Positions 1 through 12,700 of a stretch of DNA of 64,000 bases are shown piece by piece. The stretch lies in contig NC_087436.1 in NCBI RefSeq assembly GCF_036321535.1, positions 52,950,001 to 53,014,000 on the forward strand, given 5' to 3'. Under the pieces are notes generated by a model that saw only the letters and a list, made by a program, of their open reading frames with translations, searched no databases and was not told where the DNA came from. Position 1 is the first letter of the stretch, and each line of letters opens with the position of its first letter. A program made the translations under genes and the position numbers. This stretch comes from Camelus dromedarius (Eukaryota).

Positions 1-259
1 TGGTCCCTTAAAAACGAATAAAATGTATGCACCCTCTCCGAATAAAAACGTCTTGCTTGCGTTTTCCGGGGATCTTCAGGGCTCGGCGAGCTCCTGGGAA
101 TCGTGATCCAACAGCCGGTGTCCTGACGTCCCGACTCCCGAACGTCCGGGTGTCCACGCAGGCGCAGGGAGCATCCCAGGTGGGACGTGCGGGCGCCACG
201 CAGGGCTGCGCGCTCCGCTTCCGCAGCCCCTCCCCGGAAGTCTTGCGTCACAGGGAATC

Positions 260-390
260 GCGGGCGTGGGAAGTGCTTCCTGGAGCACCGAGGAGGTCAC
301 AAATCATGTGACGGCAGCTTTTAGAGGAACTTGTCTCAGAAGCTGTCCCTGAAGTGACAGCTCAGAGAACCAGGCAGCCCAGAAACCCAG
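260..390 (+). other. LAMTOR3: LAMTOR3 non-coding exon 1 (5'UTR); start position approximate
   Basis: Donor CAG|GTAACT at 390/391 inside the CpG island; next acceptor TTTCTCTTCCAG|G at 715/716. The TSS cannot be fixed from sequence alone. Confidence 0.6.
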
Positions 391-466
391 GTAACTGGAG
401 CTATTCTGCCCGGTATTGAGGCCTGGACACGCAGGTGGCTCGCGCGGCGAGATGGAGGAGAGGACG

Positions 467-480
467 CCCCCCCCCCCCCC
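467..480. repeat. poly-C run (C14)
   Basis: Direct reading. Confidence 0.9.
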
Positions 481-752
481 ACTTCGGGCCTAGGTCTTGG
501 CGGGTAGAGGGTGGAGTGGGCTGAGGTTAGGCGTCTCGGTTACCCGTCTGGGTACCTAGGAACTCTGACTCCCTTCGGCCGCCCTGCCCCAGGCCCTAGA
601 GCCGCGGGTCCTTGCCTCACCCTGATAAGAGCTGACGCCGATTATTAGGTTGGGGGTGGGGAGGGTGAGGGCGAGGACGTCTTGAAGGGAGAGTCACCAG
701 GAGTTTCTCTTCCAGGCGTGGAGATTGAACCTGCTGGAGAAAGGGGTTCATC

Positions 753-761
753 ATGGCGGAT
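753..761 (+). CDS. LAMTOR3: LAMTOR3 exon 2 coding part (MAD); exon starts at 716
   Basis: ATC ATG G good Kozak context; ATGGCGGAT|GTGAGT donor. Confidence 0.93.
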
Positions 762-3700
762 GTGAGTTAATACTCCCACACCAGAGGAAGGAGAGGGTGG
801 GGAGGTGGATGAGGCTGCTGGGCGGGGAGAGGTAGCGCTTCCCAAGTAGAAATTTGCTTAGTTTTAGCGCTCCACTCCAATTAATTGTTTTCTTTAGGAT
901 TTGGAGTGAGAACCTAACATGAATAATTTGTGGGGTCATGAGTTTCTGCCTGGAATGGGTTTGGAGGACACTAAGGTGCTTGAAGTTGAGAAAATTTTAT
1001 TTTTCCCACTCTCCAATCCTGCAGACGTAAGAGGGGCACTGCTTATTTACCATTTCAATTTCTAAATGATGGTTTGCTCTCTGAATCTTTTTCCAGTAAG
1101 TGTTCATTGTGTCTCTCTAAATTTATAGTAGCAATTTGAGATGATTTATAACTAATGCCTCTTTGGCACAGCAGTACAATCAAAATTCTAAATTTGGGGA
1201 ACTTAATTAGACTAATTACTAGAAACAGCAGGGAATTAATGCTACTACTAATGCTTAAGTTTGTTTATTCTTTACATGCTGTTATTTTGCTTACATACAT
1301 GCTAGATAATGCTTTGAAACATTGAACATATACTCATGTCATTTTTACAACAACTTTTATGAGGGAGGCGCTATTATTATTATCCCTGTATTATAGATGA
1401 GGATGCTAAGGCACAAAAAGATCAAATGACTCGCCTCATATTTCACAGCTAGTAAGTTGTGGAGATACCAATCGAGGCCGACTGACTCCAGATCTTACCC
1501 GCTACACTAAATGACTAAATGGTCATTCAATGTCAATATGAATCTGATTTTTCTTTTTAGATTGCAAGATTATGTGTTTCAACATTTAGCAACTTTTTAT
1601 GCCTCTATCGCTCCTTTTGGGGGCGTTTCTGTTGTATTTTTGAGGCCTAATTTTCCAGGCATAATCAAATCCCTAAATTCTGTTGAGCATCTCCCTTGAA
1701 AAGTTTGCTGTAATAAGGGCTGTGGGAGAAATGAAGATGACTAAGGTATAAGGTGTTTTCCATTGCCAAGGTTGAGAATCACTGCAATTATGGATTGAGA
1801 AAAGGAGAATAATATGATTACTGGAATTGTGTAGAAATGTATGAGATAGAAGTGGGAGCCCATCATACCAATTGGGAGGCTAGTGCAAGTCACAAATAAT
1901 AAAATGAACCTAAACTGTAATATCATTTGAAAAGTAGAGGAGATTAGTTCAAAAACATTTGACTTCGTAAGTGATTTTTAAAATGACACATTTGAGGTTA
2001 GGGTTAAATATTACTTTGTTTCAAAGCTGAGTACATAGAAGGGTTGGTAGTGCCATGAGTGGAAACAAGACAAGATTGAGGAAATCTGGATTTTCAGATG
2101 AGAGATGATGAGTTTTTGGCATGTGTGTGTGAGATGAGAGCAGAGGGAAGCTGGTGGTGACAACATGAAATAAAGTGATCATTCAGGTTTGGAGAATAGT
2201 AGGGATTAGAGGGGCAGATCAACAGATACCTGATTTACTTATGTAGAGCTCATAATTGATGCCTGGATTGTCAATAAAATTCCCCAGACGAGGGAGTGTA
2301 ATGAGACAAAATCGTCTTGTGTTTTTTTAGTCCTGTGTCCCTTGCTGAACACTTGACATGCATTGTCATTTGTCTTTAGTCCTGTGAAACTGAGTTTCAG
2401 AGAAGTTAGTCAATTTACCCAGAATCATTAAAGTGGTGTTAGGAAGTCTGTGGACATGGAAAGATGCTATGTATTATGTATTTATGTTTCCACTAGTGGA
2501 TATGCTAATCACTTTATATGTGTCTTCTTAATAAACTTTAATGACAGTCTTATGATGTAAGTTCTATAATTATCCCTAGTCAACAAGTAATGAAACTGAG
2601 GCTTAGAGGAAAAGGCTAGTTCACTTGCTGCAAGTCACACAACTAGTAAAAGCATCAAAATCAGAAAGAGAAAGACAAAACACTAGTAAGAATGATTATG
2701 AATGAATACTTAATATACCTGAAATGTGGATAGGACAGTATCTAGAGAACCAGTACAAGGCATATTATTATAATACGATTTTTTATATTCTCTTTCAGGA
2801 CCTAAAACGATTCCTGTATAAAAAATTACCAAGGTAAAAAGTCACTAATTTGTTATTAAATTCTGCTTAACACGTTAATTTTATGTTGTACTTTGTTTCT
2901 GTTTATCTTAGATTAATGTATGTACGTTATGCTACTATTGAGCACTTTCAGATACCTAACATAATCTTAGGTAGCACAAGTGATGTACTTTGAGTTTGCA
3001 GGTGAATAACATGAGCCCTAGAAAAGTTACATGACTTGTCTGAGGTTAAACAATTAGTGAATGCCGGAGGGCTAGAACCCAGATTTCTTGCCAAGTACTT
3101 CAGAGTTCTTTCCTAGCAGTTTACTGGATTATACTTTGAAGTAGTTCAAGTAATTTTAAGGGGAAAATAACCTAAGAACTTGCCTTTATTTTTAATACTG
3201 CTTTTAAGACCTTTTACTGAGTCTACATGACCCCAAAATGCTAGACTTAGCAGCTCATGCTTGGAAAATTCACAAGGCTTTCTTCTACCTGCACACAGTC
3301 CATTAGATGCATCATTTTATAAATTAGGTTCTTATGTTGACAGCGACTTCCTTCTAAATATTTTACTGATTCAAAGGACTTTGTCACTTTAGCTGAATTA
3401 AAATTCACATTAGTTTAATGTAAAGTGATACTTGAGAGTTAAGGACATGAAAGAGAGGAGTATGACTTGAGACACCCATTTTCACATTCCATAAGAACTG
3501 AATAACCTTTGAATTAATATAGCAGGATATGTAGTGAGGTCCTTTCTTTATTTCTTTTTTTATTTTTTATTCTGTAAATCTATTTGAAGTTAGAAAGGTT
3601 TTAGATGTCGGTTTCTGTGTATGGCAGGAAAAAAACCTCTTATTTGGATTTTTGCCTAAATTGGCTTATGTGGTTTGCCTTTAGGCTGTGCCTTTACTCT

Positions 3701-6700
3701 GATTACAGAGCAGTCAAAATTAATATTATCTTCTGGTTTTGATTTAATCTGTATTTTTCTTCTTACTCAGGAAGAAAACACTATTGAAGTGTTAATTGTT
3801 ACTATTGATTTTATGTTAATGGAGTACTTAGATTCATTTTTACTGTCTTCCTCCTGGGTGTGGTAAGCTGTAACGCAAGCTGCCAGTTCTGTTCTCATCC
3901 TAACAGTGAGCAGTAGCAGCACTCTCAGCTTTGCACAGTAGTGCAAGACCATAAAAATGATCATTCAAACTGAAACTGTCCAAAGCAATTATAATAATCA
4001 TTGGGAAAAATTGTATTTGTTTTGTGCCTTTAAAAAATGTTGCCAACACATTACAACTTCTCTTATTGTTGGTTATATTTAGGGGAATGGAAACAAATGC
4101 TATAACTAATATTTATTTAATACACTATCATTTAAAACATTAGAAACATTGAGAATTAGACTGTTTATTTCTTTGTAAAAAATGTATTAAAGTAGTTTGA
4201 ACAGTGTCCACTTCTTTTCATGTCCCTTCAGATATTTGAAAGGTACATCCTTAAGATAAGGAACAGGCATTTTTGGTGTGCCTGGCAGATTGGCATGTTG
4301 CTTTTTAGGTTTGGAAGCCTAGCTTCCAGCATTTTGTCTTTCATACTTTCGGTGATGGGAAATATCCCTGAGAGTCCCTTGAATGTGAAGTTTCTTGCCA
4401 GAGTCACCTCCTGTGGGACATCTTTATCCTTTTCATCGCAACCACTTTTCTTATTTGTGTCAGTACCTTTGCCTTCATTAAGTTGTTCTGGCTGCACATC
4501 CAGTACACAGCACCCAGTGGCAGCCTTCCTCAGCTGCCGGTTTCTTCTAGAACTCCAGTTACTTTCTGTTTGAATTTCACTTCCAACATTATCACTTTTT
4601 ATTTCTTTGCTGAGTTTCATCTTTATTGGCCATTCCCTATTTCAGAATCCCTCTTTTTTTCCTTGTCTCATGGTTTATCACTGGAAGAAAAGAAAGTAAA
4701 AAAAACCACATGCTTTGTTATCTTTGCATAAACTGAATAACAGATGCTCAGTGATCAGTCACTCTGAAAGAAGTGATGTGACTGGTTACTGATCACAATG
4801 TGCATTTGTTATTGATGAAGTTATTTACATACTGAATGGTGAACTGAAGAGTTAGTTAAGCTTGTACTTTATGCAGTTGTTCAGTTAATACACCACACTG
4901 AGACTTGACCCAAGCTATGTGGGTTGAGGGGTGGTATTATTTAACTAAACTTTGGTAACTGAAAGGTGTCTACAGTGGAACTATACGAAACAAGGGCTTT
5001 CTGTGCTTATCTGTATTTACCTTATTGGAGGCTTAGCATATTGAAACGTTGGTAAAATTGTTCTGGGGAGGGGGAGGGATACCACACTGGTGACAAAGTA
5101 TAGAAACAGAAGCATAATTGATACATGTAAAAACAGTATTTGTAAAAACAATGAAAATCTTTCCATAATGGAAGGAAGGGGATTAGTACTTTTTTTTTTT
5201 CCTGTAATTACTAAGGCCAGTTTAATTCATTTTCATGATCATTTTTTGAAAGTAGGCTTAATACATCCAAGAGGTAAAAGAATGAATAAATCATAATATT
5301 GTGAACACTTATAAAGAAAAGTCATAAAATATACACTTTGATTTATTGCTAGATGTATATAAAGTTAAGGGATTGGGACACAAGCAGCCTGACTTCAGAA
5401 TTGTGGGTCCATGCTTTTTCTTTTCTTAAGAATAACTTTTTAAAATTGAAATATAATTGATGTACAATGTGTAAGTTACAGGTGTACAATATAGTGACTT
5501 ACAATTTTTAAAGGTTTTACTCCTTTTATAGTTATTATAAAATATAGTCTATAGTCCCTGCATTTTACAATATATCTTTGTAGCTTATTTTATACATAAT
5601 AGTTTGTAGCTCTTAATCCCCTACCTCTGTCTTGTGGGTCCATGCTTTTGTTACTGCCATGACTTTGAAAAACACCAAGTCAGAGAACTGCATGTGAATG
5701 GAATGTGCTTTTGTTCATTTTTTAATTCTCTGTTAGAGTTCTTTAATTTGTATTTTAAAATCTAGTTGTGACCCAAAGCAGTTTCAAGCTTTAATAATCA
5801 CAATTTTTTGTGTTTTAAAATAACCAAATGTTTCATCATTGTATGAGTAAAACTAAGTATGAGGTCCTTGATTACTAATGTAACATTTGCTTTTTGGAGA
5901 TAAAAATGTTTGTTTTGGTAAGCCTAAGGTTTAGATTTCTACAGGATATTTCATAAAATTTAATTTATTCCTTCTAAAAGTGTAGTGTACCTATTAATAC
6001 ATCATAGTTCTTTTCAATTATTAGTAAAATGTATTCATGTTTTTCTTTGTTCACTCTGTGTAGAATTGGAAACACCTTTTTTATTTGTGACCTGATTTCT
6101 TTAAATGGGTCCTTTATGAGTCATTTTTCTCCTTTGTTGAACTTTTATCTCTGAATTTGAAATCCATTAAAAAGAAAATCCTTTTATTTCTTCCTGTTTT
6201 GGTGTTTTAATTGGCCTTTAAATTAGTTACCATGAAAATAAGAAAAAATGATGGTACAAGTATTTCTAAACATTTTTGTAGTACTCTTTACCTGTTTTTC
6301 AGTTGGCTTATTTTTTAAGTAGGCAATATATTGATAAAGCTCAAGATTCGAAAGTTAACTGAAGGACATAGAGTGAGAAGCTTTCTCTACCACCCTTACA
6401 GTGCCGTCTCCAAGGCACCCCATCGTTACCTTCAGAGATGGTTTATGCATCTACAAGCAAACGTATACTAGCACACATATTTGCACACATATGCATATAT
6501 CTTAGTTCAGGCTGCTATAACAAAGTACCATAGGCTGGATTTCTTATAAACAACAGAAATTTATTTCTCACAGTTCTGGAGTCCAGAAGTCTGAGATCAG
6601 GGTGCCAGCATGGTCGGGTTATTGTGAGGACCCTCTTCCCAGGTTGCAGATTACTGACCTCTCAAATCCTCACACAGTGGAAAGAGGGCTAGCTCTCTGG

Positions 6701-9700
6701 CCTCTGATAAAGCTGCTAATCCCATTCTTGAGGGCTTCACCCTGATAACCTAGTTGCCTCCCAAAGACCCCACCTTCAAATAACAGCACCCTGGGATTAG
6801 GGTTTCAACATATGAATTCTGTGGGTGATGGCAAACGTTCAGTCCATTGCAACATGTAAACTCACATGTCTACACGTTATTTTGTAAGTTGTTTCTTACA
6901 TACACTATTCAAAATGTGTATTTTTTCACTTAACAGTGTAACTTTGAGGGCAGTCCCTCTCAGTACATGAAAAGCTCTTAGTGGTTGCAGAATATTCCAT
7001 TGTATATGTGTGTCATAACTTATTTATTTTGTCCTTATTGATAGTTAGGTTTCCAATTTTTTCCAACTTCAAGCAGTGTTGCTACTGATAGCTGCACAAA
7101 GTTATTTGCATATGTACGAGTATGTTGGATATTTTCATATAGCCTCGTTTTTAACTTTGAAATATATATTTGTTTTTATGTATTGATTTTATAGTATATG
7201 TTTTAATCTATAGTTTCAAGATTGAATAATAGAAAATAATGCCAGTAAATATTTATACACAATTTTTTCATCATTCTTCTTTTAAATATGAGGGAAATAA
7301 ATGGTTTTGTTTGTAACATTTTCTACTTGAATTTTAAGCACACTTCTCTGGCTTTAAAATTTTTGACAATGGGATATTTTAAAAATTTAATTTCAGTATC
7401 TGCACATTAAATTAGTATTGAAATTCCTCATTCCTAAATTGAAAAATTAAGGTTAACACACTAAGGAGTGGATAATTCTAATATATAATAGGACATTAAA
7501 CATATTTCTGAGTTGCAGTCTACCTATATTATAAGATACAGGCATACCTCAGAGATACTGTGGGTTTGGTTCCAAACCACCACAATAAAGCAAATATTGT
7601 AATAAAGTTAGTCACAAATTTTTCTGGTGTCCCAGTGCACATAGAAGTTATGTTTATACTACACTGTAGTCTGTTATGTGTGTGGTAGTATTTTTACTAA
7701 AAAACAAAACAAAACAAAACAGTGTACATAACTTAAATAAAAAATATCCTGTTGCTAAAAAACCACTAACCATCATCTGAGCCTTCAGCAAGTCATAATG
7801 TTTGTGCTGGTGGAGGGTCTTGCCTTGATATTGATGGCTACTGACTGATCTGGGTGGTAGTTGCTGAAGGTTTGAGTGGCTGTGACAGTTTCTTAAAATA
7901 AGACAACAATGAGGCTTACCACATTAATTGACTCTTCTTTCACACTTTCTTTGAAGCATGCAGTACTGTTTGACAGCATTTTACCCACAGTAGAACTTCT
8001 TTCAAAATTGGAGTCAGTCTTCTCGTACCCTGCCACTGCTTTATCAGCTAAGTTTTTTCAAATTCTTTGCTGTCATTTCAGCAATCTTTACAGTATCTTC
8101 ACCAGGAGTAGATGCCATCTCAGGAAACCACTTTCTTTGCTCATCCATAAAAAGCAGCTGCTCATCCATTAAAATTTTATCACGAGATTGCAGCAGTTCA
8201 GTCACATCTTCAGGCTCCACTTCTCTTGCTGTTTCACAATGTCTGACTTAACTTCTTCCCCTAAAGTCTGCAACCCCTCAGAGTCCTCCATTAGGATTGG
8301 AATCAGCTTCTTCCAAACTCCTGTGAATGTTGATATTTTGATATCTTCCCAAGAATCGTGAATGTTCTTAATTGCATCTAAAATGGTGAATCCTTTCCAG
8401 GAGGTTTTCAATTTACTTTGCCTGAATCTATCAGAGGAATCACTGTCTATGGCAGCTATATAGCCTTATGGATTGTATTTCTTAATTAGTAAGACTCAAA
8501 AGTCGAAAGTACTCCATGATCCATGGGCTGCAGAATGGATGTTGTGTTAGCATGAAAACAAAGTGACTCTTATTGTACGTCTCCATCAGTGCTTGGGTGA
8601 CCAGGTGCATTGTCAATGAGCAGTCATATTTTGAAAGGAATCTTTTTTTCTGAGCGGTAGATCTCAACAGTGTGGTAACATACTCAGTAAACCATTTTGT
8701 GAACAGATGTGCTGTCATCCAGGCTTTGCTGTTCCATTTATAGAGCACAAGCAGATTAGATGCAGCTTAATTCCTAAGGGCCCTAGGATTTTCAGAATGG
8801 TAAATCAATATTGGCTTCAACTTAAAGTCACCAGGTGCATTAGCCCCTAACAAGAGAGTCAGCCTGTCTTGTGAAGCTTTGAAGCCAAGCATTGACTTCT
8901 CCTCTCTAGCTATGAAAGTCCTAGAGGTATCTTCTTCCAATAAAAGGCTGTTTCATCTACATTGAAAGTCTGTTGTTAGTGCAGCCACCTGCATTAGTTA
9001 TGTTAATTAGATCTTTTGGATAAGCTCCTGCAGCCTCTACATCTACTTGCTGCTTCCTCTTGTACTTTTATATTACGGAGATGCCTTCTTTCCTTAAACC
9101 TCATGGGTCAACCTCTGCTGGTTTCAGATTTTTCTTCTGCAGGTCCCTCACCTCTCTCAGCCTTCATAGGATTGAACAGAGTTAGGGCCTTGCTCTGGAT
9201 TAGGCTTTAACTCCAGGGAACGTTGTGGCTGGCTTGATCTTCTAACCAGACCGCTACAACTTTCTGCATAGCAGCAATAAGGCTGTTTTGCTTTCTGATC
9301 ATTCCTGTATTCACTGGAGGAGCAGTTTTTTGTTTTTTGGTTTTTTTTTAAGAACTTTAAATTTCACAGCTTGACTGGCATAGGAGGCCTAGCTTTTGGC
9401 CTGTCTCAGCTTTTAAGATGCTTCCTCACTGAGCTTAATCATTTCTAGCTCTTGACTTAGAATGAGAGATGTGCGACTCTTCTTTCACTTGAAAATTTAG
9501 AGGCCACTGTGGGGTTACTAACTGGCCTAATTTCAGTCTTATTGGGTCTCAGGGAATAGGAAGGCATGAGGAGAGGGAGATGAGAGAATTGCCAGTCACT
9601 GGAGTCGTCAGCACACACAGCTTTATCAGTTAAGTTCACCATCCTGTGTGGGCACAGTTTGTGGCACCCTGAAATAATTAACAATAGTAACATCAGAGAC

Positions 9701-12700
9701 CACGTATCACAGGTCACCATAGCAAATATGGTAGTAGTGAAACAGTTTGAAATATGGCGAGAATTACCAAAATGTGACACAGAGGCAGGAAGTGAGCGAA
9801 TGCTGTTGGAAAAGTGCCCATAGACTTGCTCCACGCAGGGTTGTAAAAAGCTCAGTAAAATGAAGCACAGTAAAATGAGGGATGCCTGTAGTTAATAAGC
9901 CATAGGTTTTGTGTAAATTATGAAAATTTGAGAATGTTTCTCCATTATAACATTTAACATTTTTTGTACTCTAGGGATTCTCGCTAATAATTTAGTATTT
10001 AAACTGCAGTGATAAATTGTGTCATTACCAGTGTACACAAATGACAACACTGATGTTAACAGTTTTGAATGTTAACTGTAAAAACCAGCCTCTATTTTAC
10101 ATGCATTATTTTATTAAATTTCACAGTAGCCAAGTAAGTACAATTATCCTCATTTTCATATTGTTGACTAAGACTTGGAGAGGCTTTGTAACTGACACAA
10201 GGTAGCATAAATAGTACGTGCCAGAGCTTGGACTGGCACCCAGGATTTTCTGACTTCAGAGCTGAAGTCTTGACTGTTCTGCTTACTTCGTGTGTAGGCA
10301 GGGCTGAAAGGATTGCTGCATGACCTCCATTCTTTCTGCCCTGTTCCCTCAGCCTGCATCCATCTTTCTGCCCCTCTCTTCTTGGCACCATAGCATCTGA
10401 GCTGAGATAATCACTTCCTCAGGCAAGCCTTCCCCGACCCTGTCTAAACAGCCCCCCCTTTTATTAGGCCCTCATATCCCCTCATGGCTCTTAATGGCAT
10501 TTCCCACAGATGTGGTTTGTGTGAGGTTATTTGACTGATAACTGCTCCCCTTTTAGATTGTAAGTTTTGTGAAGACAGCAGCTGTGTCTGTTTTTGCTTG
10601 TTATGGTAGAAGAATTTTGGCAAACCCACTATAGGAGCTTATATCAGTAATAGAGTTCTCTTGATTTTTCAGAAATATGCATGAAAATTACCATTATGAC
10701 TTTGAGGTACATGTTTTGAGAAAATGTTTTATAATATTTTAACCTTTTTTTCTAGTGTTGAAGGGCTCCACGCTATTGTTGTGTCAGATAGAGATGGTGT
10801 GCCTGTCATTAAAGGTAAAACGGAGCAGTTACCTGCCAGTGTCATGTTTGCTTTTGAGTGAAAATGTATTTATATCTGAGTAGAATAGAAGGCAACCATA
10901 GACAACCCATTTCAGTACATTCAGGAGATGTTCTTAGTTTGGGAGGAAATTTTGCTATAAGTTGAAGGCTGGGTTGGAATCTTAAATAACTTATGTATCA
11001 AATGTATCATGATATCGTCCGGAGTTTAAGTATGGGTTTATCATAGGCCCTGTTTCCCATTAAAAACATTTTATGAACATTGTAAAATGACTATAACTCA
11101 ATAAAAAAAATGTTAAAAACAAAAAGCATTTTATGGTATAAGGTAAACTATTAGTAAATCTAAGTGATGAGAGTGAGCATATATGCAGCTAGATATTATA
11201 CACACAGACTCCGCCTAATATATATATATATATATATATGTAATTATCAACATTACTAATAGTTTTAGGATTTTAGGATAAGCATTCATACATTTGAATC
11301 AACATAAGTTTATTGTGTTGTTTGCTCTTTCCTGATTTTCTGCTTCCTTATTGGAAATAAGGTTTTTTTTAAACTTTTAACTTCACAATGCTTTAGTTAA
11401 CCTGAATCTAACAAGAATTTTTGCCTAAAAAATTTCTTGTTAACCTTTAAAAAAAAAAAGGTTTCTACCTGAGTTTTAGCTTTTTATTTAAAGCATATAT
11501 GCTGTCACAGAAAGATTATATAATGTTCTGCATATTTTATTTGCAATTTATTTTCCACCTGGGGTTACCATATATGTCAGATAATTTCAGATTTCAGAAT
11601 TGAAAGAAAGTTTAGAAGTCACCTAATTTAGTTCTTTCATTTTGTAAATGAAAATGATCAAGTGCAAAGAGTGCATTTTCAGTCCAGAGTTGCATATGAG
11701 TCAGTGACAAAATAATTATAGAACCTGTTATCTCCTGATGTGTGGTCCAATGGGCTCTCTAATCCAACATAAAACGTAGGTGGCCATGGACAGGTCACTC
11801 ACCTTTTCTCAGTTCTGTAACGAGGACTTGGAACAAAATAATCTCCGAGATTTTCCAGCTGTAATGTTCTTTCTGGGGATCTGTATTAAAGCCTTAAGCT
11901 CTGCACTTATTGGTACAATTAACTCCACTTAGAGCTTTTAGTGAGTGAAAGAAACTTAAAACAGATATTTCTGTGGATTTTAGAAGAGCAAAAAGGTTTT
12001 TGAAGCTCTTTTTGTTATTCTAGCTTTGCTCTCAGTTAACCAAAATATATTCAGTTTATTAATTGTACTGATAATCATAATCTGTGTTCTAAGAGAGATA
12101 TTAAGAAAATAGAAACATTTAGTATTCTTTTGAAAATTAAAAAGAAAATAATGAGAATCAGCATTTCTTCCCTTAGTTATGATCACCCGATTTCTGATTG
12201 AGTGGTTTTTCCCACCTAACTTGATGAGACCCAATTAGTAATACGATTTTCAGTATTGTTAAGCATAACCCTTGTGCTCGATTTTTTTTTTACAGATTTA
12301 TGTTTTTTTTTAAAGTGCTGTAAACATTTTCCCTACCAAGTCTGCATAATTTTTACTTGAATCACTTGTATTTACAGTGGCCAATGATAATGCCCCAGAG
12401 CATGCTTTGAGACCTGGTTTCTTGTCCACTTTTGCCCTGGCAACAGACCAAGGGAGCAAACTTGGACTTTCAAAAAATAAAAGTATCATCTGTTACTATA
12501 ACACATACCAGGTAAGTTCATAATCACCGAGTGGTTCACTGATGATTTCAGCTATCATTGTTATGTCTTCTGTATAAAAGAGCTTATTTTGTAATTCTAA
12601 ATTTTAGTGTTCCAAGTGGTGGAATTTTTAAATCTTAGCCTTCAAATTGGTTGTTAACCTATAGTAATTTTTTTTTCACATTTTACATCAAGAATCAATT

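Larger units (their letters stand above)
60..720 (+). promoter_or_regulatory. LAMTOR3: CpG-island promoter of LAMTOR3
   Basis: GC- and CpG-rich stretch directly upstream of the first coding exon. Contains ETS/GABP CCGGAAGT (234-241), CRE-like TGACGTCC (124-131) and TGCGTCA (244-250), and M-box TCATGTGAC (304-312). No obvious TATA box. Confidence 0.85.

Noticed and set aside
4228..4620. 130-aa ORF as a domesticated transposase gene
   Set aside because: Only a degraded C-terminal fragment with no DDE core or HTH domain and no exon structure.
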